NCBI GenBank assembly: GCA_002427475.1
Contig: DIRG01000012.1
Span: forward strand, 1-38,345
DNA length: 38,345 nucleotides
Direction of reading: 5' to 3'
From: Mageeibacillus sp. UBA5442
GTDB lineage: Bacteria; Bacillota; Clostridia; Saccharofermentanales; DTU023
The notes under the pieces: model-generated
Database searches by the model: none
Seen by the model: the letters and a program-made list of their open reading frames with translations, nothing else
What the model was told of the DNA's origin: nothing
Program-made: the position numbers and the translations under genes
Shown here: one piece after another, positions 24,554 to 32,575 of the stretch
How positions within the stretch are numbered: the first letter of the stretch is position 1
How the letters are laid out: each line of letters opens with the position of its first letter

Positions 24554-27256
24554 ATGCAGACTGGAAAACGAAAAAAGGTTAATTTGCGGGCGACACATCC
24601 CGCGCTATTGATACTCTATTTTTTCTCAGCAATAGTCTTTTCTATGTTGACGCTTAATCCTGCCTATCTTCTAATATCCTTCATTGCGGCACTCTGCCTG
24701 AATTTCTATCTGGAGGGTGTAGTGAAAACACTGCGTTTTCTCCGCTATTTCGTGCCGGTGCATTTGCTCCTGGTGCTAGCTAATGCACTTTTCAGCGGCA
24801 ATGGGCTTACCGTCATCTTTTACCTGCGCGGGCGGCCTGTAACGCTGGAGAGCATTGTCTTCGGATTTGCGGCCGGTCTGATGCTGCTAACGATCCTGCT
24901 CTGGTTTCGCGCCTATCAGGAAGTCTCCAGCTCGGATCAAATAATTGCCATGGGCGGGAAGCGCTTTCCACAGACCAGCTTGCTGCTGGGCATGATACTG
25001 CGCTACGTGCCGGACACCCTTCAGCATGGTCAGAAAGTTAAGATGAGTCAGAATGCGCTCGTCGGGACAGAGAAGCTGCCGCGGAAGGAAAGGCTCGCTT
25101 TCTACACGAGGATGTCTACGGTCCTCATGAGCTGGAGTATGGAAAATGCTCTGGATACTAGTATCGCCATGCGGGCGAAAGGTTTCCCTTCAGAACAGCG
25201 CAGCAGCTATAAACGCGAACGCTTCAGCAGCTATGACGCCGTCGGAGTGGCCTTTCTTCTGCTCATGATTCTGCTGCAAATAGTAGGCTACGCTAGGGGT
25301 TTGACCGCGTTCCAATATTATCCAATTTTGAACTGGCAGACGGAGATGAGCAGCGAACTGATAGTGATCTTGACTGTGTATGCGCTCTTCTTGTTTTTCC
25401 CCTTTTATGTGGAGCTGGCCGACTGGTGGAGCCTCAAAAAGATCAGGCGAGCCGAAGAACAATTTAGTAACGAGCGCTTGAATCCTTGGCAGGCGCAAGA
25501 GAGCGGAGAGAGAAGTCAGGAGAAAGAGACGATTGTGAAGAAGAAGGAAAATGCACAGAGGATTGCTCCTCGAAGCGAATACCAAAGCGATTGCTACGAC
25601 TCGGTCTACGCTGTTGAACTTGAGGATCTGTCTTTTACTTATCCGAACTCCGGGCAGAAGGCCCTGGACAATCTCTCTTTGCGCTTTGAACGTGGGAGTC
25701 TTATCCTCCTGACCGGAGCGTCAGGCAGCGGAAAAACGACCCTACTACGCGTGCTTGCTCCTGTTTTGACACCGGCGGGAGAGCTGAACGGCAACAGAAT
25801 TATTTACGGGGAAGAGGCTGCGAGCTACGAAAGCGCTGAAAAAACTGTGCAAATCGGTTTCGTGCAGCAAAATCCGGACAATCAGATTATTCTCGATAGT
25901 GTTTGGCACGAGCTGGCTTTCGGGCTGGAGAATAAAGGATTGTCTCAGCAGGACATCGAAAGGCGCTTAGCAGAAACCTCCACCTTTTTCGGTATCAGCG
26001 ATTGGATGGATCGCAAGGTGTCCGAATTATCAGGAGGCGAAAAACAGATCCTCAATCTCGCATCCAGCCTTGTGATGCAGCCGGACTTGCTGCTCTTGGA
26101 TGAGCCGATAGCCCAACTCGACCCCATCTCCCGCAAGCGCTTTCTCTCTTTGCTGGGGCGTGTTCACGATGAAACGGGAACCACCATTGTCATCTCAGAA
26201 CATGTCATTGACGATATCTTGCCGCACGCAGATAGTGTCATACAGTTGGAGGCTGGAGCGGTGAGCTTTTCTGGTGGGGTCGAAGCCTATCTGAGACATT
26301 TGACCGCTACGGACGATAAATTTCAGATTTCGATCCCCTTATCTGCGCGCATGGTAGCGCAGAACGGCGCCGGCAGCGAAGGTGAAACAGAAGCAGCCCT
26401 GCCTCTGACGGTGCGTGCTGGCAGGCAGTTTTTGCAAAAACACAAAGCCGAACTGGCAACAAAACCCGAAACCCCGACCCCTACTTCGCTCGATCTGAGC
26501 CAACGTACAAATATCCTAGAGGCGCGAGATCTCTGGTTCCGCTACGAAAAGGACGCGCCTTTTGTCCTGCGCGGAGCCTCTCTAACAATTAAAGAGGGCG
26601 AGTTGCATGCCCTTCTGGGTGGCAATGGCTCCGGCAAAAGCACATTGATGTATATTTTAAGTCGCAGCTTGCCGGCCCTACGCGGCAAGATAGTCAGGGC
26701 ACCTGGTCAGGAAGTTGCCATGTTGAATCAGAACCCAATGTCGGTGTTTTCGCAGGACAGCGTCCGAGCTGAACTGATGGAGTTTCGCCAGCGCTTTTCC
26801 TACGATGAGAGCGACGTAAACTCCATCATGGAGCGTCTCAATCTGACTCATTTGGCCGAGCGACATCCCTACGATCTGTCCGGCGGAGAAATGCAGAAAA
26901 CGGCCTTGGCTAAAGCGCTTCTGACGAAACCGAACTTGCTCTTGTTAGATGAACCGGTAAAAGGCTTAGATCCCGTAGCCAGACGCGAGCTCTCGCAGAT
27001 ATTAGTCGAATTGAAAGAAAGCGGAATGACGATGATTCTCATCACGCATGATTTAGATTTCATCTCACAACTGGCAGACCGCTGCTCCCTCATCTTCGAC
27101 GGCCGCGTGGAAGGAACAGCCGATAGTAGAGAGTTCTTCGCAGACAATGCCTATTTCACGACGACAGCCCGCCGTTTGAGCAAGGGCATCCTGCCCGACA
27201 TCGTGACCGAAGACGACTTGCTCGAGCGCCTGCGCTCGCTAAACGATAGGAGCTGA
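24554..27256 (+). CDS. Fused ECF transporter module: T component (EcfT/CbiQ-like) plus two ATPase domains (EcfA-EcfA')
   Basis: The N-terminal roughly 300 aa is polytopic. Two full ABC domains follow: GASGSGKTT/LSGGEKQ/LLLLDEP and GGNGSGKST/LSGGEMQK/LLLLDEP. Start set at ATG 24554 (the track uses TTG 24521), so the start is uncertain. Confidence 0.8.
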   Translation: MQTGKRKKVNLRATHPALLILYFFSAIVFSMLTLNPAYLLISFIAALCLNFYLEGVVKTLRFLRYFVPVHLLLVLANALFSGNGLTVIFYLRGRPVTLESIVFGFAAGLMLLTILLWFRAYQEVSSSDQIIAMGGKRFPQTSLLLGMILRYVPDTLQHGQKVKMSQNALVGTEKLPRKERLAFYTRMSTVLMSWSMENALDTSIAMRAKGFPSEQRSSYKRERFSSYDAVGVAFLLLMILLQIVGYARGLTAFQYYPILNWQTEMSSELIVILTVYALFLFFPFYVELADWWSLKKIRRAEEQFSNERLNPWQAQESGERSQEKETIVKKKENAQRIAPRSEYQSDCYDSVYAVELEDLSFTYPNSGQKALDNLSLRFERGSLILLTGASGSGKTTLLRVLAPVLTPAGELNGNRIIYGEEAASYESAEKTVQIGFVQQNPDNQIILDSVWHELAFGLENKGLSQQDIERRLAETSTFFGISDWMDRKVSELSGGEKQILNLASSLVMQPDLLLLDEPIAQLDPISRKRFLSLLGRVHDETGTTIVISEHVIDDILPHADSVIQLEAGAVSFSGGVEAYLRHLTATDDKFQISIPLSARMVAQNGAGSEGETEAALPLTVRAGRQFLQKHKAELATKPETPTPTSLDLSQRTNILEARDLWFRYEKDAPFVLRGASLTIKEGELHALLGGNGSGKSTLMYILSRSLPALRGKIVRAPGQEVAMLNQNPMSVFSQDSVRAELMEFRQRFSYDESDVNSIMERLNLTHLAERHPYDLSGGEMQKTALAKALLTKPNLLLLDEPVKGLDPVARRELSQILVELKESGMTMILITHDLDFISQLADRCSLIFDGRVEGTADSREFFADNAYFTTTARRLSKGILPDIVTEDDLLERLRSLNDRS

Positions 27257-27258
27257 AG

Positions 27259-27978
27259 ATGATTAAGCCAGAGCGCAGCCCACAGCAAGCCGACTCCTAT
27301 ATGCACCTGCCGGCGATCTTCTCTTTGATCCTACTACCGGTGGCGCTCTTGCTCCTGGCCTACTATCAGGTGGAACAGACAGCTCTCTTGTCTTTTGTGG
27401 CGGTGATCGCTGCACTCTTGCCCTTTTTTATCAGCTTTGAAAGACGCAAACTGGCTGTGCGCAACTTGCTCCCGATAGTAGTGATGACCGCTCTGGCAAG
27501 CGCCGGCCGTCTACTCTTCGCTGCTGTTCCTGGCTTCAAACCTGTTCTAGCGATCATCATCGTGACGGCCATAAGTTTCGGTCCCGCTAGCGGCTTTATG
27601 ACGGGTGCTCTAACTGCCCTAGCCTCGAATCTGTTTTTTGGTCAAGGACCTTGGACTCCTTGGCAAATGTATGCTTTCGGACTTATTGGCTATCTAGCCG
27701 GCCTGCTGCAAGAGAAGGCTGCGTTCAAACGTCCGCTTTTCGTGTATATCTATGGTTTCTTCTCCGCCTTTCTTTACGGCATCATCCTCGACACCTGGCA
27801 TGTCATCAGCTTTTTGAAGCCGATCACTTGGCAAGGAGCTATACTCGTGTTCGGCCAAGGTGCGATCTTTAACTTTCTCTTAGCTGTAGCGACGGTGGTT
27901 TTTCTTATTCCGATCAGAGCTCCTTGGACTCGCCAGCTTGAACGCATTAAGCAGAAATTCGGCCTTACTGCCGGCTGA
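27259..27978 (+). CDS. ECF transporter S (substrate-capture) component, candidate corrinoid-specific (CbrT-like role)
   Basis: 239 aa and entirely hydrophobic, with about 6 transmembrane segments. AGGAG RBS 6 nt upstream. It lies immediately after the T-A-A' gene and under the B12 riboswitch. Confidence 0.65.
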   Translation: MIKPERSPQQADSYMHLPAIFSLILLPVALLLLAYYQVEQTALLSFVAVIAALLPFFISFERRKLAVRNLLPIVVMTALASAGRLLFAAVPGFKPVLAIIIVTAISFGPASGFMTGALTALASNLFFGQGPWTPWQMYAFGLIGYLAGLLQEKAAFKRPLFVYIYGFFSAFLYGIILDTWHVISFLKPITWQGAILVFGQGAIFNFLLAVATVVFLIPIRAPWTRQLERIKQKFGLTAG

Positions 27979-28192
27979 TATTTTCAACTTTTCTCGGCTC
28001 ACGGGCCATAAATCATGAAAGATTACTCTGCTCATTTGGGAAAGAGCACATTTACTACACGCTAGTTTGGGCGAACGTGCTAAAATACTTGTGTATGCGT
28101 AATTAGCAACACTGTATAGAACTGCTCGCATGTCTTGCATCTGCAAGCACGTGCATGAAATAAAGGAACAATTGGAAGGAGATATTGTCCTG

Positions 28193-29542
28193 ATGAAATT
28201 AGAAGCAAAAAGAATTAAACGACATATGGTCAGAACTTATGAATTTTGGCAGATGAATCTGCGCATCTTGGTTATCGCAGAGGACCAAAAGAAAGTCTTG
28301 GAGGATTTTGAGGATAAGCTGCCGGCGAGTGATAGCGGCTATCTGGCTTTTGCTTATCTAGATAACGAACTTCGCATAGCTTTCCTAGGAACAAGCGACG
28401 ACGAGACTGATGAATACGAATTTTTCGATACAAAAGAGATCTTCACCATTCCGGCATCTGCTGTGCCAACCCTCTTGGTTCGCCTCGTGAAACTTAATGC
28501 AGAATTGGCTGAGAATGCTTTCATTCAACAGGCAATACAGGAACAGGCTAACAAAGCTTTGCCCATGAGCACGCTCACAATTCGCGCTCTCGATTCCTCA
28601 CGCGATCCCGAAATACCTACTCGATTAAGAGCCTTCCGGATTGAAGACGAGAAGAAAATCCAAGAGCTTATAGAGCTTGATGCGATGCGGCAAGCGGCCT
28701 TGGAAGAAGCGGAAGAAAAAGCTGCCGCCGCCGCCAAGAAGGCGAAGAAAGCTAAGAAAAGGAATCGCGAAGAATTGGAAGAAGCAGCTGAAGCTGCTGA
28801 AGACGAGATCGAAGAAGTTTATGAGGACGAAAGCCTCATGCTCGAGATAAATATCGCGGACGAGTTGGCGAAATCCTTAGAAACCCTCTGGGTGTACGAC
28901 CTGACTCCGGCCAATAATGGCGCTTGGCGAGCAAATCTGGAAGCGAACCTCAAAGGTTCCAAGTTAAAGGCCAACGATTTGGTTCATATAGAATTACGCT
29001 TTGTGGAAAGAGAAGATGACGAAATCGCTCTTGTCTTTGTCGATCCCGAAGCAGAGGTCGAAGATATTAAGATTGAAGTCAGCTCGCATGTCGCCACCAG
29101 ATTACCTTGGCGTAAGGCTTATGAGTTGGAATGTTTGGAAAACCATGACTTCCACGAGACCTATTACCTGGGACGCAACGGCGAAGATAGCAAGCTGTTC
29201 AACAAGATAGTCGCCGACATTCGCCATGGTCGTTTGGATCCGGCTATGTATCTGGATATGGTGCAAAAAGAAGACGTCTCACTTGATTTCTCTCGCGAAC
29301 TCTATCGTTGCCGTCACTGCGGCGATCTGCATGTAACTAGGCGCTTACGTTTGGTGACACCGGAAAGTACCATGTCCGAACCCTATTACTGTCCCAAATG
29401 CGGCGAGCGCTCTTCACAGGTGAAGCGCGTACATATCGCATCGTTGAATTGTCCTGTCTGTCACAGACCCTTAGATATGAAACCGGAAAAGGTTTGGTAT
29501 GCGTCAGATGAAGAGGACGACAGCATCTTGCTGGAGGAATAA
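28193..29542 (+). CDS. Hypothetical protein: N-terminal unknown domain, E/K/A-rich charged helix, C-terminal triple-CxxC zinc-ribbon region
   Basis: GGAAGGAGA RBS at 28174-28182 supports ATG 28193 (the track starts at 28130). CRHC, CPKC and CPVC lie in the last 90 aa. Low-complexity EEAEEKAAAAAKKAKKAKKRNREELEEAAEAAEDE sits mid-protein. I recognise no family. Confidence 0.6.
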   Translation: MKLEAKRIKRHMVRTYEFWQMNLRILVIAEDQKKVLEDFEDKLPASDSGYLAFAYLDNELRIAFLGTSDDETDEYEFFDTKEIFTIPASAVPTLLVRLVKLNAELAENAFIQQAIQEQANKALPMSTLTIRALDSSRDPEIPTRLRAFRIEDEKKIQELIELDAMRQAALEEAEEKAAAAAKKAKKAKKRNREELEEAAEAAEDEIEEVYEDESLMLEINIADELAKSLETLWVYDLTPANNGAWRANLEANLKGSKLKANDLVHIELRFVEREDDEIALVFVDPEAEVEDIKIEVSSHVATRLPWRKAYELECLENHDFHETYYLGRNGEDSKLFNKIVADIRHGRLDPAMYLDMVQKEDVSLDFSRELYRCRHCGDLHVTRRLRLVTPESTMSEPYYCPKCGERSSQVKRVHIASLNCPVCHRPLDMKPEKVWYASDEEDDSILLEE

Positions 29543-29547
29543 AATTC

Positions 29548-30600
29548 ATGCGTTTTTTACTGCTCAATACCGGAGGCACGATTTCATCTATCAGCAGCAG
29601 TAAGGGCAAAAGGCCTGAGTTGAGCAGCGCTGATCTGCTGCGCCAGGCACTGCCCGTTAACAGCAAGTACTCCATTGAAGCGTTGGACATTATGCAACGC
29701 GACTCAACGGATATCGGACCTCAGGACTGGCGGGACTTAGCCCAGAATATCCTGGATTTGGATCGGCGAGAAGACTACGATGCCTATCTGATACTCCACG
29801 GTACGGATACGATGGCTTACAGTGCTGCCGCTCTTTCCTTTCTCTTGCGCGATTTTCCCAAAGCGGTTTTTCTGACCGGGTCTCAGCGCTCAGCAGATGA
29901 GGCGGATTATGATGGCATTGACAATATTAGTGACGCGATAGTGGCTGCACTGGAAATGTCAGCTGCCTATACCGGCGTCTTTGTTGTTTTTGCCGGACAA
30001 GTGATTCACGGCTGCCATGCTGTGAAAACAGATACCAAAGACCTGAGAGCTTTTTCTTCGATTGGAGCACCGCCGGTTGCGGAAATACAAGATGAAACGC
30101 TGACCGCAAACGTTAAGTGGCGTGAACTTCTGACGAGGCGCAGGCAGACAATACAACGCCTATATGTGCCGGAAGAAAGAGAATTACTCATCGATCCTAT
30201 GGATCCTCATGTTTTAGTTATCCAGATGACCCCGGGCCTAGATCCGGTCTTGCTGCCGCAGTTAGCGCGCGGAGACTGGCCCTTGCGCGCCCTGATCTTA
30301 GAAGGTTTCGGTAGCGGAGGAATTCCCGTCACACCGCGCGATTACTACCCCTATCTGAAGCAATTAATCTCTGACGGTGTTCTCGTGATTCTGGGTACAC
30401 AAGTCATGTCCAAAGATGAAGATCTCACTAGGTATGAAGTGGGTCAGCGAACCGATGGACTGGGTCTACTTGCCCAGGGTGGGCTTACGACTGAGGCGGC
30501 TCTGGCCAAAACAATGTGGATACTACCGCAGGCTCGAGATCGCGCCATGCTGGCTACTTTATATCAAGAAGATTTTGCCTTTGAACATCCCCAAAATTAA
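29548..30600 (+). CDS. Type I L-asparaginase family protein
   Basis: N-terminal LLNTGGTISS (catalytic Thr motif) and HGTDTMAYSAAALSF. 350 aa. Starts 5 nt after the preceding gene. Confidence 0.85.
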   Translation: MRFLLLNTGGTISSISSSKGKRPELSSADLLRQALPVNSKYSIEALDIMQRDSTDIGPQDWRDLAQNILDLDRREDYDAYLILHGTDTMAYSAAALSFLLRDFPKAVFLTGSQRSADEADYDGIDNISDAIVAALEMSAAYTGVFVVFAGQVIHGCHAVKTDTKDLRAFSSIGAPPVAEIQDETLTANVKWRELLTRRRQTIQRLYVPEERELLIDPMDPHVLVIQMTPGLDPVLLPQLARGDWPLRALILEGFGSGGIPVTPRDYYPYLKQLISDGVLVILGTQVMSKDEDLTRYEVGQRTDGLGLLAQGGLTTEAALAKTMWILPQARDRAMLATLYQEDFAFEHPQN

Positions 30601-30675
30601 GGAGTCAAAAATGAAATCTATGATATCAGCCGTCCTTTAAATGACGAAACAGCCGTTTATAAGAATAATGAAAAT

Positions 30676-31200
30676 ATGATTTTCGAAATACCGAGCAAGT
30701 CCGAAATGAAGACTAATTTCCATATCGGCACTCATGTTGATGCCCCTTACCACATGCAGGAGAACGGCAAGAAGATGGTCGAGATGGATCTGAAACTCTA
30801 TTATGGTCCTAGCACGGTCTATGATTTGACAGAACTTGAAGATGCCATTAATCGTTCCGATCTGGAAAAGCTAGAGCTTCAGCCCGATGACATCGTGCTC
30901 TTCAAAACCCGCAATTCTTATGATGACGCTTGGAATCCAAAGTTCGTTTATCTGGCACCTGATGCTGCTCGTTACTTGGCGGAGATCGGCGTGCGCAGCG
31001 TAGCCTTGGACGCCATGAGCATAGAACGTAATACTGAAGATCACGAAACTCATCACATCCTCTTTGACGCCGGCATTGGCCTAATTGAAGACGTACGCCT
31101 CGCAGATGTTCCTGCAGGCCGCTACACGCTCAGCGCCTTGCCTTTGGCAATGACTGAGGCCGAAGCTTCACCCACCAGGGCCATACTTATCGAGGAATAG
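30676..31200 (+). CDS. Cyclase-family protein (arylformamidase / kynurenine formamidase-like). The N-terminus is displaced by an apparent frameshift
   Basis: HIGTHVDAPYH metal motif. The frame stays open upstream to 30601 and encodes the family N-terminus IYDISRPLNDETAVY. The RBS-served ATG at 30611 is in another frame (see finding). Confidence 0.7.
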   Translation: MIFEIPSKSEMKTNFHIGTHVDAPYHMQENGKKMVEMDLKLYYGPSTVYDLTELEDAINRSDLEKLELQPDDIVLFKTRNSYDDAWNPKFVYLAPDAARYLAEIGVRSVALDAMSIERNTEDHETHHILFDAGIGLIEDVRLADVPAGRYTLSALPLAMTEAEASPTRAILIEE

Positions 31201-32452
31201 TCACGTCGCCTTTGGCGATAATATCGATCACGTTATCGATCGAGGCAATTAGATCGGCGTCTATCTCGTCGGCGTAGTCTTCCACGACGATTAATTCTTC
31301 TTTTACCCCACAGGAAATGCTCTCCTCGGATAGTTCTCCGCTGCGGAAAAGCTCGTAGGCGTAGAGGAAAGCTTCGCCCCTCTTGAGCAGGACCTTAGCA
31401 CTCACAGGATCATAAAAAAGATTAGGATCATCCTGAGGCTCATTTGGACGAGTAGCTCCCGGGGACCAGGACGGCACTGTGCCTGCGGTCGGAATAGGAG
31501 CCGGCGTTGTCTCGCTTTCAGTCTCGTTCGTTGTCTCGCTTTCCATCTCAGCAGTACTTTCGTCCGGATCATCCTCGCCCTCGTTCGGCTCAGTGGGTTC
31601 ATTCACGGGATTTGGCAGTTTCACATCAGCTTCCGTGCTTACAATTACCAAGCCCGCTTCTCGCGCCTCATACATAGCGCTGGCGGATGCCCCTCCGGCC
31701 ATAATCGCCAGTATGGCAGGTTCGTAATTTGCGATCAGTTGCTCAGTTTGAATCGAAGCGTCCTTTTGCTCGAAATCCAATTCAACACTATGCACACGCG
31801 CAGAAGGGTTCACGTAATTTGCTCCTGCTGTAAAAGCTTCGGTGAAGGCGATCTCAGAGTTTTCCGGATATTTGGCGACTAGGCCGATGTCATCTTCCTG
31901 AGAAAGGACAGAACTTACAGCTCCGAGCAAGAAGCTTTGCTCTTCTTCTCTGAAGTTAATGCTGACTAGGTTCGGAAGTGTTGTCTCGCCCCCCGCAAGA
32001 AAGAACATGGTCTCGGAGTTATCCTCAGCGATCTCTAAGGCTGCTTCGCTGAAAAGTGGAGAGTCGAAAAAGATGACCTTATATCCTGCTCTGATCAAGC
32101 GCTCAACTATAGCAGAAGCGGCTGACGGCAGTACGTTTTCCACGTATCTGCACTCCGCGTTGCCGGCGGCAATCAGCTGCAGCCCGCGGTATGTGTCTGC
32201 TCCGGAGTCGCTCGTTATAGACTCAGCCATTATGAAGGCTACTTGATCGCGTTCGCCGGGCTCAAGGAAGCCAGGTGTCCGATCTTCTGTCCGAGGATTC
32301 TTCGTCGTATCCGGCCCGGAAGGCTCTTCTTCCGGATCACAAGCTGCCATTGTCAGCAGCGAAAATATCATTAATAGAAGCAGAAAGAAAACGCCACAAT
32401 AGTCGCACTTTCTCCTGAATGTTGTTTTTTTATTTTTCAAATTATGCATCAC
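31187..32452 (-). CDS. Divergent BMP-like / type I periplasmic-binding-fold lipoprotein, orphan
   Basis: Signal plus lipobox LLTMAAC. Segments VAFIMAESITSDSG and NFREEEQSFLLGAVSS are colinear with the two BMP proteins. A roughly 60-aa acidic Thr/Glu/Pro-rich insertion lies near the C-terminus. AGGAG RBS. Confidence 0.6.
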   Translation of the reverse strand: MMHNLKNKKTTFRRKCDYCGVFFLLLLMIFSLLTMAACDPEEEPSGPDTTKNPRTEDRTPGFLEPGERDQVAFIMAESITSDSGADTYRGLQLIAAGNAECRYVENVLPSAASAIVERLIRAGYKVIFFDSPLFSEAALEIAEDNSETMFFLAGGETTLPNLVSINFREEEQSFLLGAVSSVLSQEDDIGLVAKYPENSEIAFTEAFTAGANYVNPSARVHSVELDFEQKDASIQTEQLIANYEPAILAIMAGGASASAMYEAREAGLVIVSTEADVKLPNPVNEPTEPNEGEDDPDESTAEMESETTNETESETTPAPIPTAGTVPSWSPGATRPNEPQDDPNLFYDPVSAKVLLKRGEAFLYAYELFRSGELSEESISCGVKEELIVVEDYADEIDADLIASIDNVIDIIAKGDVTIPR

Positions 32453-32575
32453 AAATCACTCCTGACCTGACATGCTCTTTAATTGTACAAATAGTCCGTA
32501 GAAATACTATCATAGTTTACAAGCAAGCGATATTGCACCCGCTCAATTGACTTTAATTCGTATTCGATTTGAGAT

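Noticed and set aside
30416-30640. 74-aa plus-strand ORF overlapping the asparaginase 3' end
   Set aside because: Most of it is an alternative frame of the asparaginase gene. Only its last 10 codons (ATG 30611 onward) matter, as the displaced start of the frameshifted cyclase gene.
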